DNA of 64,000 bases from Gemmatimonadales bacterium (lineage in GTDB: Bacteria > Gemmatimonadota > Gemmatimonadetes > Gemmatimonadales > GWC2-71-9): contig DATNIM010000042.1 in the NCBI GenBank assembly GCA_035604455.1, forward strand, positions 33,444 to 97,443, given 5' to 3'. A program made the translations under genes and the position numbers. The notes below the pieces were generated by a model. That model ran no database searches. It was not told where the DNA came from and worked only from the letters and a program-made list of their open reading frames with translations. This document shows, piece after piece, positions 1 through 9,058 of the stretch (position 1 is its first letter; every line of letters begins with the position of its first letter).

Positions 1-1194
1 CGCCTCCGCCGCGAGCGACCGCACTTCATCGGCCACGACGGCGAACCCCTCACCGTGCTCTTCGGCCCGGGCGGCCTCGATCGCCGCGTTCAGCGCGAGC
101 AGGTGGGTCTGCCGGGCGATGCGGGCGATCGTCTGTGCAAACCCGCCGATCCGCTCCGACATTCCGGACAAGGCGCCGACCGTGCCCGCGGTCGCGCGCA
201 CTTCGTCCCCCACGACGCGGAGCGTCTGGGACGCCCGGGCGACGCGTTCCCGTCCCCGCTCGGCCGTGCTTACGAGGCGGCTCGCGTCCACCTGCATCAG
301 CTCCGCGCGCACGCGCAGAGCCTCCGCCTGGTCGGCAGCCTTGGCGCTCTCCACGCGAGCCCCGTCGACCATGCCGCGCTGGGCCGTGAGGTCGGTCGCG
401 AGATGCTGCGCCGTACCCGTGACCACGTCCGACGTGGCGTGCAGCTCTTCCGCGGCGGCGGCCAGCTCTTCCGCGAAGGCGGCGACTTCATCCGCTTCCC
501 GCTGCACGGTCGAGATCGTCGCTCCGATCTCCTCGAGCATGCGGTTGAAGCTGCGTTCGAGAAACCCGAGCTCGTCCGCCTCAAGGGCAGGCGCGCGGAC
601 CGCGAGCTGGCCTTGCTCGGCCACGCCCATCACGCTGCGGGTGTGGCGGATCCGCTGGATCAAGGTCGCAGGAATCCGCTTCAGCGCCATCGCCACGGCG
701 ATGAAGACCACGGTCTCGAGGTAGGTCACGGTATCGAGGCCCGCGCCCCCGTAGAGCGCCGCGTGCCAGCGGCTCGCGCCGAGATACAGGAGGGCCGACA
801 TCAGTACGAGAAAGTCACCGACCGCCTCGCCCTGATCGAACGCGTACGGCAGTACGGCGATGAGGAAGGCGGCGACAAGACCGCCGTGGCCGTACCATAC
901 GACGAGGACGCCGACGAGCACGGCGTCAAACAGCGCCAGCACGTACACCAGCCACCACCGATACCAGCCGCGCTCGTCCACGATCCCGGCCAGCGCGTTC
1001 AGGATCGCGGCGCTCCCGGTCACGAGGACCATCGTGCGGGGGTGCGTGCGCACGGCCCCGCTCAACCAGCCCAGCACGCCGAGCACGAGGATGCCCGACG
1101 TCAGCGCCCAGCGCCGGCCTCGCGCGCGCCGGATGGCCTGTGCGTCCCGCAGGCGATGTTCGACGTCGGCCGCGTCGTCACCCCACCCGCGCAT
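1..1194 (-). CDS. Methyl-accepting chemotaxis protein, 3' end runs off the left edge of the window (partial)
   Basis: Not in the ORF track because there is no stop in the window. Hand translation of the minus strand from ATG at 1194 gives [17 protein letters not shown]..., about six hydrophobic helices, then a HAMP-like linker ([17 protein letters not shown]). It ends in the MCP signalling hairpin ([41 protein letters not shown]) in frame to base 1. The listed 55..1263 + ORF is its antisense shadow. Confidence 0.85.
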   Translation of the reverse strand, partial: MRGWGDDAADVEHRLRDAQAIRRARGRRWALTSGILVLGVLGWLSGAVRTHPRTMVLVTGSAAILNALAGIVDERGWYRWWLVYVLALFDAVLVGVLVVWYGHGGLVAAFLIAVLPYAFDQGEAVGDFLVLMSALLYLGASRWHAALYGGAGLDTVTYLETVVFIAVAMALKRIPATLIQRIRHTRSVMGVAEQGQLAVRAPALEADELGFLERSFNRMLEEIGATISTVQREADEVAAFAEELAAAAEELHATSDVVTGTAQHLATDLTAQRGMVDGARVESAKAADQAEALRVRAELMQVDASRLVSTAERGRERVARASQTLRVVGDEVRATAGTVGALSGMSERIGGFAQTIARIARQTHLLALNAAIEAARAEEHGEGFAVVADEVRSLAAEA

Positions 1195-1312
1195 CCAGGA
1201 CGCGAGCGAGCGCCTGGCGCGGGCGACGGTACCGGTGGTGCCCGGGACGGGGGTGGTAGCTGATGGCGGCACGATCAAAGGATCCTATCGCGTGCGTCTC
1301 GGAACAAGCAGC

Positions 1313-1870
1313 CTACCGGAGCCCGAGATCGGCCGCCGTGACGAGGGCATCCGTCGGGTAACCGGCGGCCTCCAAGGCATCCCGGCCCCCTTCTTCCCGG
1401 TCGACCACGGCGAGCACCCCGAGCACCCGCCCCCCTTCGGCCTCGACCGCGTGTATCGCCTCGAGGGCGGAGTGGCCCGTGGTGATCACGTCCTCGACCA
1501 CCACGACTGGGGTGTCGCCGACCACGACCCCCTCAATGCGCTTTCCCGTGCCGTGATCCTTTGGCGCCTTGCGCACGGTGAAGGCGTCCAGCACCACACC
1601 GCGCGCGTAGGCCGTAGCGGCGATGGCGTAGGCGACGGGATCGGCGCCGAGCGTCAGGCCCCCGATGAGGCGCGGGTGCCAGGCGCGCTCGGCGAGACGC
1701 TCGAAACCGAGGGTCCCCACTAGGGTGAGTCCTTCTCCCGACATCGTGGTCAGGCGGGCGTCGATATAAAAGGTTGAGCGACGACCGGATGCGAGCACGA
1801 AATCCCCGCGACGCACGGATCGAGCGAGGAGCAGGGTCCGGAGCTGGTCTACGGTCGGGGTGCGGCTCAC
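1313..1870 (-). CDS. pyrE: Orotate phosphoribosyltransferase
   Basis: 185 aa with the type-I PRTase PRPP loop (VVVVEDVITTGHSALEA) and a typical PyrE N-terminus (GDFVLASGRRSTFYIDAR). GTG start. Confidence 0.9.
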   Translation of the reverse strand: MSRTPTVDQLRTLLLARSVRRGDFVLASGRRSTFYIDARLTTMSGEGLTLVGTLGFERLAERAWHPRLIGGLTLGADPVAYAIAATAYARGVVLDAFTVRKAPKDHGTGKRIEGVVVGDTPVVVVEDVITTGHSALEAIHAVEAEGGRVLGVLAVVDREEGGRDALEAAGYPTDALVTAADLGLR

Positions 1871-1888
1871 ACCTGTAGCGATATTATA

Positions 1889-1908
1889 GTAGTAGCAAAT
1901 GCTACTAC
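1889..1908. promoter_or_regulatory. Perfect 8/8 inverted repeat GTAGTAGC-AAAT-GCTACTAC abutting a minus-strand TATAAT (1883-1888), 12 nt before the pyrE GTG
   Basis: Read directly. The AT-rich island at 1871-1921 lies between the kinase stop (1922) and the pyrE start (1870). A near-identical palindrome occurs at 61495-61514. Confidence 0.5.
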
Positions 1909-1921
1909 GTTTAATCTCATC

Positions 1922-2896
1922 TCAAGCTTGCGGCCTGCGCCCAACAAGCCGGTTCAGTGTCCCGAGGAGGCTGCCCTGCCGCTCTGGGGTGGCAGCCTGA
2001 GCTCCGGCGCTCACGTCGGCGGCGAAGGCAGCGACCGAGGGCTGCCGCGCCGCGGGGTCGCGGGAGAGGCCCTGCATGATGGCCCGCTCCAGTGCGGCGG
2101 AGACGCTTCGACCAATCAGGGCGCGGCTGAGGGGCATCGGGGCCTCGGTGAGCACGCGGCGGAACAGCTCCTGCGTCGTTCTCGCGGCGAACGGTCGTGA
2201 GCCGCTCAGGAGATAGTAGGTGATCGTGGCGAGACTGTAGATGTCTGCGCGGGCGTCTACGAGCTCGCCGCCGAGCGCTTCCGGGGCCACGTACTCGAGG
2301 CTCCCAACGAAGTAACCGGTGCGGGTGAGGCGCTCCTCGGTCGGGTCGTCGGCGTTGCGCGCGATCCCGAAGTCGAGGAGCTTGCAGTTTCCAGTGACCG
2401 CGTCGTACATGATATTCTCGGGCTTCAAGTCCCGATGGACGATGCCCGCGGTGTGCGCCGCCGTGATGGCGCCCGCGATCTGTTCGATGACCGCGGCTGC
2501 GGCCTGGGGCGCCAAGGGTCCCGTGCGCTCGATCGCGGCCGCCAAGGGCTCTCCCGCCGCCCATTCCATGGCGAGATAATGCTCACCATCGGCCTGTCCG
2601 TAGTCGTAGATTCGCGCGACGCGCTGGTCCCGCACCCGAGCACCGTATTCGGCCTCGCGGAGGAAGCGTTTCACCGCGGCGGGGTCGCCCTTGAGTTTGG
2701 CGCGCAATACTTTGAGCGCACAACCCCCGTGATCGGGGTGCTGGGCGCGGTAGACGACGGCCGTACCACCCTCTCCAATGCGTTGCTCGAGGCGGTACCC
2801 TGCGAGGGAGCGGCCCGTCAGGTCGTCGGGGGGCACGGGAATGCGCGAAACTAATCCCCCTCGCGGAGAATGAGCAAGCGACGTGCCCTCTACCAC
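1922..2896 (-). CDS. Ser/Thr protein kinase (Hanks type), soluble
   Basis: Motifs GEGGTAVVY...ALKVL, HRDLKPENIM, DFGIA and APE. The start is uncertain: GTG at 2896 overlaps the divergent slt start, and an in-frame GTG at 2836 is an alternative. Confidence 0.85.
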   Translation of the reverse strand: MVEGTSLAHSPRGGLVSRIPVPPDDLTGRSLAGYRLEQRIGEGGTAVVYRAQHPDHGGCALKVLRAKLKGDPAAVKRFLREAEYGARVRDQRVARIYDYGQADGEHYLAMEWAAGEPLAAAIERTGPLAPQAAAAVIEQIAGAITAAHTAGIVHRDLKPENIMYDAVTGNCKLLDFGIARNADDPTEERLTRTGYFVGSLEYVAPEALGGELVDARADIYSLATITYYLLSGSRPFAARTTQELFRRVLTEAPMPLSRALIGRSVSAALERAIMQGLSRDPAARQPSVAAFAADVSAGAQAATPERQGSLLGTLNRLVGRRPQA

Positions 2897-5114
2897 TTGG
2901 ACTGAGCGCGGCCGACGTGCGGCCCGCCTGGCGCTGCTTTCGGTCGCGCTCGTTCACACCGCGCGCGCCCAGGACCCTCCCGACATCGCCCGTAGCATCG
3001 ACGACCTGCGCGAGGCCGGACGCCCTTGGCATGCGGCCGAGCTCGCTGACGGGCGCGGCGCGAGCGATACAGAACCGCGTATGGTCATGGCCGAAGCGGC
3101 CGGGGCCTTCGCCGCTCACCAGTACGAACGGGCTCGGGCGCTCTTGAGCGGTCGGTCGTGGCTCGACGCGGACGAGGGTGCGGGACGGGCGGTGCTCGGT
3201 GAGGCCGAGGCCGCGCTCGGGTTATGGGACGCTGCCGTCTCGGACCTCGAAGCCGCTCGCCGCGCTGCGCGTCCCCCCGTCGCTTGGTTGCTCGCAGTGC
3301 GGGTCGGGGCTGCATTCGAGGCGCTCGGCGCGCGTGATTCCGCGGCCCGGGCCTACGCGGCGGCCCGCGGACTGACGGGCATCGGGGACTGGCTCAGGGT
3401 GCGAGAGGCCAGGGTGACGGGCGACACGACCCGCGCGTTCGCGTTACTCGCCGGGTTGAAGGCCGCCGCCGCGCGGGCCGTGCCGGTGGCGCGCGCCGAA
3501 GCGCTCCTCGCGGCGGGGGACACGGCGCTCGCGATCCCCGCGTTCGCCGCGGCGGGCCGACCGCTCGACGTCGGGGAATTGGCCCTCGCGACCGGGGACT
3601 CGACGGTCGCCCGGGAGGCGATCTATGGGATCATGGCCCACGCGCCCGAGAGCGACCCCGCGGACGTGGCGGCGGGCTGGGCGCTGGCCCGTCTGCCGCC
3701 GCGCACGGCCGCCGAGCGGGTTGCCCTCGCGCGCGCGCTCAAGGGCCACGGGGCGCCGAGCGACGGCCTGCGTGAAGTCGAGCGGGCCGTCCTGGGTGGA
3801 GACTCAAGCGGCGCCACGCGCGAGCTGCTCGGTGACCTGTGCGTGGCGACGGGCCGGGCGCGCGCGGGAATCCGCGCCTATGCCGCGGCCGCAGCCGACT
3901 CGACCGTGGCGCCCGCGGCGTTATACGCGCGCGCCCGCGCCCTGCTCCGGCTGCGCGATCCCGCTGCGACCGCTGAATTGGCGGCCTTCGCCTCGCGCTA
4001 CCCCGCGGACACGGCCGCGCCCGCCGCGCTCTTCCTGGTCGGCGAGACGGCGGTTGAGCAAGGTGACTGGACGGCCGCACGGCGCTCCTTCGGCGACCTC
4101 GTCACTCGCTATCCGACGGATCTTCGCGCCTCGCGCGCGCGGTTTCGACTCGCGGCTGAGGCGGTTCGCCGCGGCCGGCCCGATAGCGCGGTCGCCCTCT
4201 ATGAGCAAGAGGTGGCGGCCCCAGGGCCCCAGCGACAGGCCGCGCGCTACTGGCTCGGCCGTCTCGCCGTCGGTCGGGGCGACAGCGTCGCCGCGCGGGA
4301 CCTGTGGAGCGCGCTCGCCCGCGACGACTCGCTCGGCTACTACGGCCTCCGCGCGCGGTCGGCGGCCGGCCTGCCGGCGCTCCACGTCACACCCGGATCC
4401 CTGACGCCGCCTGCCGGCGCCAACTCAGGCCTCGCCACCCTCGACACGCTTGCGCTCGCGGGCCTGGATTCCGAGGCCGCTCTCGAAGTGGAGACTTTGG
4501 TGAGCGACCCGCCGGCCGACGCCGACGCACTGCTCGTGTGGAGCACGGGGCTCGCGGCTCGCGGGTGGGGACCCGCCGCCGTGCGACTCGCATGGCTCGC
4601 GGCGCAGCGCGCGCCGGGCGACCCGCGCGTGCTCGGCGCGATCTTCCCGTGGCCAAACCGCACCGCCCTCGAAGCCGAGGCACGCGAGTTCGGCCTGGAC
4701 CCGCTGTTGCTCGCGGCCCTCGTGCGTCAGGAAAGCGTCTTCAACCCCGAGGCGCGCTCGACCGCCGGCGCCCGCGGGCTGGCCCAACTCCTGCCCTCGA
4801 CCGCCGCGGCGACGGCGCGGGCGCTCGACATCCCCTTCGAGCCCGCGTGGATCACGGTCCCCGATTTGAACCTCCACTTGGGCGCGGCCCACCTCGCGAG
4901 CCTGCTCCGCCGGTTCGGAGGGCGCGTGGACGCCGCCGTCGCGGCCTACGACGCCGGGGCGCCGCCAGTCGAGCGCTGGCTCGCTCGCCCCGACGCACAG
5001 GACCCCGATCACTTCATCGAGCTCATCCCCTATGAAGAGACCCGCGGCTACACCCGCGCGGTGCTGCGCAACTGGACCATCTACCGCGCGTTGTACGCGG
5101 CCACAACCGATTGA
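2883..5114 (+). CDS. Soluble lytic murein transglycosylase (Slt70-like superhelical N-domain plus SLT catalytic domain)
   Basis: 743 aa with a signal-peptide-like N-terminus (LALLSVALVHTARAQ), an Ala-rich helical-repeat body, and a C-terminal SLT motif (LVRQESVFNPEARSTAGARGLAQLLPSTA...AYDAG). Confidence 0.85.
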   Translation: MPSTTWTERGRRAARLALLSVALVHTARAQDPPDIARSIDDLREAGRPWHAAELADGRGASDTEPRMVMAEAAGAFAAHQYERARALLSGRSWLDADEGAGRAVLGEAEAALGLWDAAVSDLEAARRAARPPVAWLLAVRVGAAFEALGARDSAARAYAAARGLTGIGDWLRVREARVTGDTTRAFALLAGLKAAAARAVPVARAEALLAAGDTALAIPAFAAAGRPLDVGELALATGDSTVAREAIYGIMAHAPESDPADVAAGWALARLPPRTAAERVALARALKGHGAPSDGLREVERAVLGGDSSGATRELLGDLCVATGRARAGIRAYAAAAADSTVAPAALYARARALLRLRDPAATAELAAFASRYPADTAAPAALFLVGETAVEQGDWTAARRSFGDLVTRYPTDLRASRARFRLAAEAVRRGRPDSAVALYEQEVAAPGPQRQAARYWLGRLAVGRGDSVAARDLWSALARDDSLGYYGLRARSAAGLPALHVTPGSLTPPAGANSGLATLDTLALAGLDSEAALEVETLVSDPPADADALLVWSTGLAARGWGPAAVRLAWLAAQRAPGDPRVLGAIFPWPNRTALEAEAREFGLDPLLLAALVRQESVFNPEARSTAGARGLAQLLPSTAAATARALDIPFEPAWITVPDLNLHLGAAHLASLLRRFGGRVDAAVAAYDAGAPPVERWLARPDAQDPDHFIELIPYEETRGYTRAVLRNWTIYRALYAATTD

Positions 5115-5157
5115 TCACGTGGAGGTTACGGCTTGTGGCCGCGTCGCGCGCGACTGC

Positions 5158-5255
5158 TTGACAACCCTCTAGAGGGGGCGCAAATCTAACCGCCCCGGCA
5201 CGATGCCGGGTTCGTGTGATGCGCCCCGCATGGACTACGGTGGAGGGCAACTCGG
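5158..5255 (+). promoter_or_regulatory. Candidate cspA promoter and structured 5' leader
   Basis: TTGACA at 5158-5163, the perfect palindrome CCCTCTAGAGGG at 5165-5176, and a hairpin CCCGGCA-cga-TGCCGGG at 5194-5210. GGAGGG lies 8 nt before the ATG. The -10 element is not clear-cut. Confidence 0.35.
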
Positions 5256-5456
5256 ATGGCCAAGGGAAAGGTGAAGTGGTTCAACGACGCCAAGGGATAC
5301 GGCTTCATCGAGCAGGACGGCGGCGAGGACGTGTTCGTCCATTTCTCGGCGATCCAGATGGACGGGTTCAAGACGCTCGCCGAGGGACAGGTCGTTGAGT
5401 TCGAGGTGAAGAACGGCGACAAAGGGCTCCACGCGGCGAACGTCATGCGCGTGTAG
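5256..5456 (+). CDS. cspA: Cold-shock protein (CspA family)
   Basis: 66 aa, [33 protein letters not shown]..., with RNP1/RNP2 motifs intact. Confidence 0.97.
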   Translation: MAKGKVKWFNDAKGYGFIEQDGGEDVFVHFSAIQMDGFKTLAEGQVVEFEVKNGDKGLHAANVMRV

Positions 5457-5479
5457 CGGGAGTTCCGTCCGTTCGCTCC

Positions 5480-5511
5480 GCCCCGCCCTCGGTTCGGGCG
5501 GGGTCGCTGTT
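5480..5511 (+). terminator. Rho-independent terminator after cspA
   Basis: Perfect 8-bp GC stem CCCCGCCC (5480-5487), loop tcggttc, GGGCGGGG (5495-5502), followed by TCGCTGTTT. Confidence 0.6.
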
Positions 5512-5534
5512 TACGGGCTGTTATCTTTGCGCCC

Positions 5535-8327
5535 ATGGCCTCCCCCGTGCTGTTTCTGGTCGACGGGTACGCCCTCATCTATCGCGCCTTCTTCGCCCTC
5601 ATCGCTCGTCCCCTCACGACGAGCCGGGGCGAGAACACCTCGGCGGCCTGGGGTGTCACGAACTTCCTGATCCGGCTCCTGTCCCAGCACACCCCCGACT
5701 ATCTCGGCTGGGTGCAGGACCGGGGTGTGTCGTTTCGGGTGGAACGCTACCCCGCCTACAAGGCGACTCGCGAGAAGCTGGACAAAGAGCTGGCGCAGGA
5801 ATTCGCGCACTCGGTCGAACGCATCGAGGCGCTGCTCGCGGCGTTTCGGGTCCCGGTGCTTGGAATTGACGGCTACGAGGCCGACGACGTGATCGGGACC
5901 CTGGCCACGGCGGCCGTCGCGCGGGGACTGCGCGTGGTCATCGTCTCGGGCGACAAGGACTTCTACCAGCTCGTGGGTCCCGGCATCTCGCTGCTCAACC
6001 CCGGGCGCGGCGGTCCGGCCGCGGTCGAAGAGCACTCGGTGGACGAGACGAACGCGCGGGAGCGTTTCGGCGTGCCCCCGGCTCAGGTGATCGACTTCCT
6101 GGCCCTGGTCGGCGACAGCTCGGACAACGTGCCCGGCGTTCGCGGCGTCGGCGAAAAGACGGCACTCGAGCTCCTGGCCCAATACGGCACCCTGGACACG
6201 GTGCTCGCCCACGCGGCCGAGATTCCGGGCAAACGGGCGCGCGAAGCCGTGGTGCGAGACACGGAGCTCGCCCGGCTGTCCCGGGACCTGGTGACGATCC
6301 GGCTCGACGCCCCGGTAGGACTCGATCTGGACACGCTGCGGGTCCGGGCCCCGGACACCGAGCGTCTCACGGCGCTCCTCAACGAACTCGAGTTTCGCTC
6401 GCTCCTGCCCAAGGTGGCCTCGCTGGCGCCCGCGCCCGCCCCCGAGCCGCTCGCGCCGCTCCCCCGGGTCGCCGTCTTGGACTCAAGGGCCGTCCCCGGC
6501 GCTGCGGCCACGGTGCTGGACGATCCGGCTGCCCTCGGCGCCGCGATCGCCGCATGCCGGAGCGCCCCGATCGTGGCACTCGACACGGAGACCTCGTCGC
6601 TCGATCCGATGCGGGCCGAGCTCGTGGGTCTGTCGCTCGCCGTCGGCCGTGACCGATCGTGGTACCTGCCGTTCGCCCACCGGGCCCCGGGTGAGCTGGG
6701 GGAGGTCACGCCCCGAAACCTGCCGCCCGTCACGAGCGAGGAGCTCGAGCCGTTGCGCGCCCTGCTCGGTGACCCGGGCGTGCCCAAGGCGGGCCACAAC
6801 ATCAAGTACGACTGGCTCGTGCTGCGCCGGGCGGGCGTCGAGCTGGGCGGCGTGGTCTATGACTCGATGCTTGCGGGCTTCCTCCTCGATCCCGGTCGGC
6901 GCTCCCATGCGCTGGACGAGCTCGCGCGCGAGCAGCTGGGCATCACGCTGTCGAGCTACGCAGACGTCGTCGGCCGGGGCCGTGCGGAGCGCCCGTTCGC
7001 GGCCGTGGCGCCCGCCGACGCCGCACGGTACTGCTGCGGCGACTCGGAGACCGTGTTGTTGCTCCGCGCGGCGTTCGCCACGGAGCTTCAAGCGCACGAC
7101 CTGGAGGGCTTGCTGCGGACGATCGAGATGCCGCTCGTCCGGGTGCTCGTGGGGATGGAGTGGCACGGCGTGCTCGTCGATCGGGATCGACTGGCCGAGA
7201 TCTCGCGGGCGTTCGCAAAGGAGCTGGTCGACCTCGAAGCGACGATTTACCGGGCGGCCGGTGTGGCGTTCAACCTCAACTCCACGCCGCAGCTCCGGAC
7301 CATCCTGTTCGAGAAGCTCGGGCTCCCCGCGCTCAAGCGCACGAAGACCGGTCCCTCGACCGACTTCGAGGTGCTCGAGCGGCTCGCCGGCATGGGCCAC
7401 GACGTGCCGCGGCTGCTCATCGAGTACCGCGAGCTCTCGAAGCTCAAGTCCACCTACGTGGACGCCTTGCCCGGGTACGTGAACCCCGCGACCGGCCGGA
7501 TCCACACGAGCTTCAACCAGACCGGCGCGGCGACCGGGCGGCTGTCGAGCTCGGAGCCGAACCTCCAGAACATCCCGATCCGCACGCCGCGTGGCGAGGC
7601 CATCCGGCGTGCCTTCGTGGCGCCCGCGGGCGGCGTTCTCCTGACGGCCGACTACTCGCAGATCGAGCTCCGCCTGCTCGCGCATCTCTCGGGCGACCCG
7701 GCGTTCGTGACGGCCTTCACCGAGGGCGGCGACATCCACCGCCAGACCGCCGCGCTCATTTTCGGCGTCCCGCAGGACGCCGTGACGCCGGAGATGCGCG
7801 CCCGGGCCAAGACCATTAACTTCGGCACGATCTACGGCCAAGGACCGCTGGCGCTCTCCCGCCAGCTCGGGATCACGCTCGAGGACGCCCGCCGGTTCAT
7901 CGAGCAGTACTTCGCGCGCTTCGCCGGGGTGCGGACGTGGCTCGACCGCACCGTCGCCGCGGCGCGGGAACGCGGCTATGTGGAGACGCTCTTCGGCCGG
8001 CGCCGCTACATCCCCGAGTTGCGCGACCGCAACGCGAGCGTCCGGGCGTTCGGCGAGCGAACCGCGACGAACTCGCCGCTCCAGGGCTCGGCCGCCGACC
8101 TCATCAAGATCGCCATGATCCGCATCGACGAGGCGCTCGCCCGGGAGGGCGTTGAGGCGCGCATGGTGCTGCAGGTCCATGACGAGCTCGTGTTCGAAGT
8201 GGGGACGGACGCGGTTGCGCGCGCGACCGCGCTCGTGCGACACCACATGGAGAGCGCCGCGGCTCTGCGGGTGCCGCTCGTGGTGAGTGTCGGTTCGGGT
8301 CCAAACTGGGTCGATGCGAAGGCGTAG
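5535..8327 (+). CDS. polA: DNA polymerase I
   Basis: 930 aa. It has a 5' nuclease N-terminus (LVDGYALIYRAFFA), a 3'-5' exonuclease region (ALDTETSSLD), and polymerase motifs (LLTADYSQIELRLLAHLSGD, QVHDELVFE). Confidence 0.97.
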   Translation: MASPVLFLVDGYALIYRAFFALIARPLTTSRGENTSAAWGVTNFLIRLLSQHTPDYLGWVQDRGVSFRVERYPAYKATREKLDKELAQEFAHSVERIEALLAAFRVPVLGIDGYEADDVIGTLATAAVARGLRVVIVSGDKDFYQLVGPGISLLNPGRGGPAAVEEHSVDETNARERFGVPPAQVIDFLALVGDSSDNVPGVRGVGEKTALELLAQYGTLDTVLAHAAEIPGKRAREAVVRDTELARLSRDLVTIRLDAPVGLDLDTLRVRAPDTERLTALLNELEFRSLLPKVASLAPAPAPEPLAPLPRVAVLDSRAVPGAAATVLDDPAALGAAIAACRSAPIVALDTETSSLDPMRAELVGLSLAVGRDRSWYLPFAHRAPGELGEVTPRNLPPVTSEELEPLRALLGDPGVPKAGHNIKYDWLVLRRAGVELGGVVYDSMLAGFLLDPGRRSHALDELAREQLGITLSSYADVVGRGRAERPFAAVAPADAARYCCGDSETVLLLRAAFATELQAHDLEGLLRTIEMPLVRVLVGMEWHGVLVDRDRLAEISRAFAKELVDLEATIYRAAGVAFNLNSTPQLRTILFEKLGLPALKRTKTGPSTDFEVLERLAGMGHDVPRLLIEYRELSKLKSTYVDALPGYVNPATGRIHTSFNQTGAATGRLSSSEPNLQNIPIRTPRGEAIRRAFVAPAGGVLLTADYSQIELRLLAHLSGDPAFVTAFTEGGDIHRQTAALIFGVPQDAVTPEMRARAKTINFGTIYGQGPLALSRQLGITLEDARRFIEQYFARFAGVRTWLDRTVAAARERGYVETLFGRRRYIPELRDRNASVRAFGERTATNSPLQGSAADLIKIAMIRIDEALAREGVEARMVLQVHDELVFEVGTDAVARATALVRHHMESAAALRVPLVVSVGSGPNWVDAKA

Positions 8328-8375
8328 CTGGTTGCGGCCGCTTGGGCCGTGGTTCGATATTGAAGAAAGGGAGGC

Positions 8376-8753
8376 ATGATGCGACGCGGGTTCACCCTGA
8401 TCGAGATCCTCGTAGTCGTCGTGGTCATGGGCATCCTCGCGGCCTTCGCGATGCTCAAATACTCGAACACCCGCGAACAGGCCTACCTCGCCGCCATGAA
8501 GTCCGACTTGCGCAACCTCGCGATCGGTGAAGAAGCGTTCTTCAACGACAGCGCGCACTACACCTTGAGCCTCGCGGCGATGAACAATCTGACGCCGACG
8601 TCCGGCGTCACGCTCACGGTCAACGAGGCCACGGCGGTCGGCTGGTCCGCCACGGCCGCGAGCGCCAATACCTACCAGAAGTGCTACCTGTTCTCGGGCA
8701 GCGCGTCCGCGGTGGGGAGCGCGACGGTGGAGGGCAGCATCTCCTGCTCCTGA
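8376..8753 (+). CDS. Type IV pilin / pseudopilin with prepilin N-terminal cleavage-methylation motif
   Basis: MMRRGFTLIEILVVVVVMGILAA matches the G/FTLIE class III signal. There is a C-terminal Cys pair (KCY...SCS). A strong RBS, AAAGGGAGG, precedes the start. Confidence 0.85.
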   Translation: MMRRGFTLIEILVVVVVMGILAAFAMLKYSNTREQAYLAAMKSDLRNLAIGEEAFFNDSAHYTLSLAAMNNLTPTSGVTLTVNEATAVGWSATAASANTYQKCYLFSGSASAVGSATVEGSISCS

Positions 8754-8791
8754 CGGGTGCCTATCGGGAATTCACCCGGCGGCGCGACGGG

Positions 8792-9058
8792 ATGTGCTTC
8801 GCGCTGGACGGCGGGATCTGGCTGCACCGGCACCGGCACGAGGGCGAGCCGATGGTCCACCTCGTGAGCGCGGATCGCGAGGGGCTCCTCGCGCTCGGGG
8901 AGGCGCTCGGTTTCAACGCGGCGGCCCTTCAGTACAAGGCCTTGAAGGACCCCCGAACAGGCACCCGGGTGCCGGCCTGGCACTGGGACGTCTGGGGCGC
9001 GCGGCTCGGGCGGCTCGTCCCTACACCGTCGTCTCCCGCTCCGGCATCGGCGCTCTGA
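8792..9058 (+). CDS. Small conserved hypothetical, DUF4031-like
   Basis: Internal ATG of the 8681..9058 ORF. MCFALDGGIWLHR...MVHLVSADREGLLALGEALGF...WHWDVWG resembles DUF4031 proteins from memory. It overlaps the convergent MMPL gene end by 38 nt. Confidence 0.5.
   Translation: MCFALDGGIWLHRHRHEGEPMVHLVSADREGLLALGEALGFNAAALQYKALKDPRTGTRVPAWHWDVWGARLGRLVPTPSSPAPASAL

Noticed and set aside
55-1263. 402-aa plus-strand ORF at the left edge
   Set aside because: The sequence is Arg/Gly/Pro-rich with no motifs. The opposite strand encodes a clear MCP with HAMP and signalling domains in frame to base 1, so this is a GC-driven antisense shadow ORF.
6483-8558. 691-aa minus-strand ORF antisense to polA. 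The same pattern appears at 21278-22429 and 24716-26089 (antisense to the suf genes), 37621-39681 (antisense to the DHS/ATP-grasp genes), 44457-46202 (antisense to fadB) and 56756-59248 (antisense to lon).
   Set aside because: All are low-complexity R/G/P/E/D/H-rich translations directly opposite genes with unmistakable conserved motifs. This is a typical high-GC artefact of stop-codon depletion.
9021-9058. Convergent gene-end overlaps (9021-9058, 51241-51276, 52079-52082, 14124-14127) as possible antisense regulation
   Set aside because: Short 3'-end overlaps are common in compact high-GC genomes, and no additional structure or conservation evidence is available from the sequence alone.
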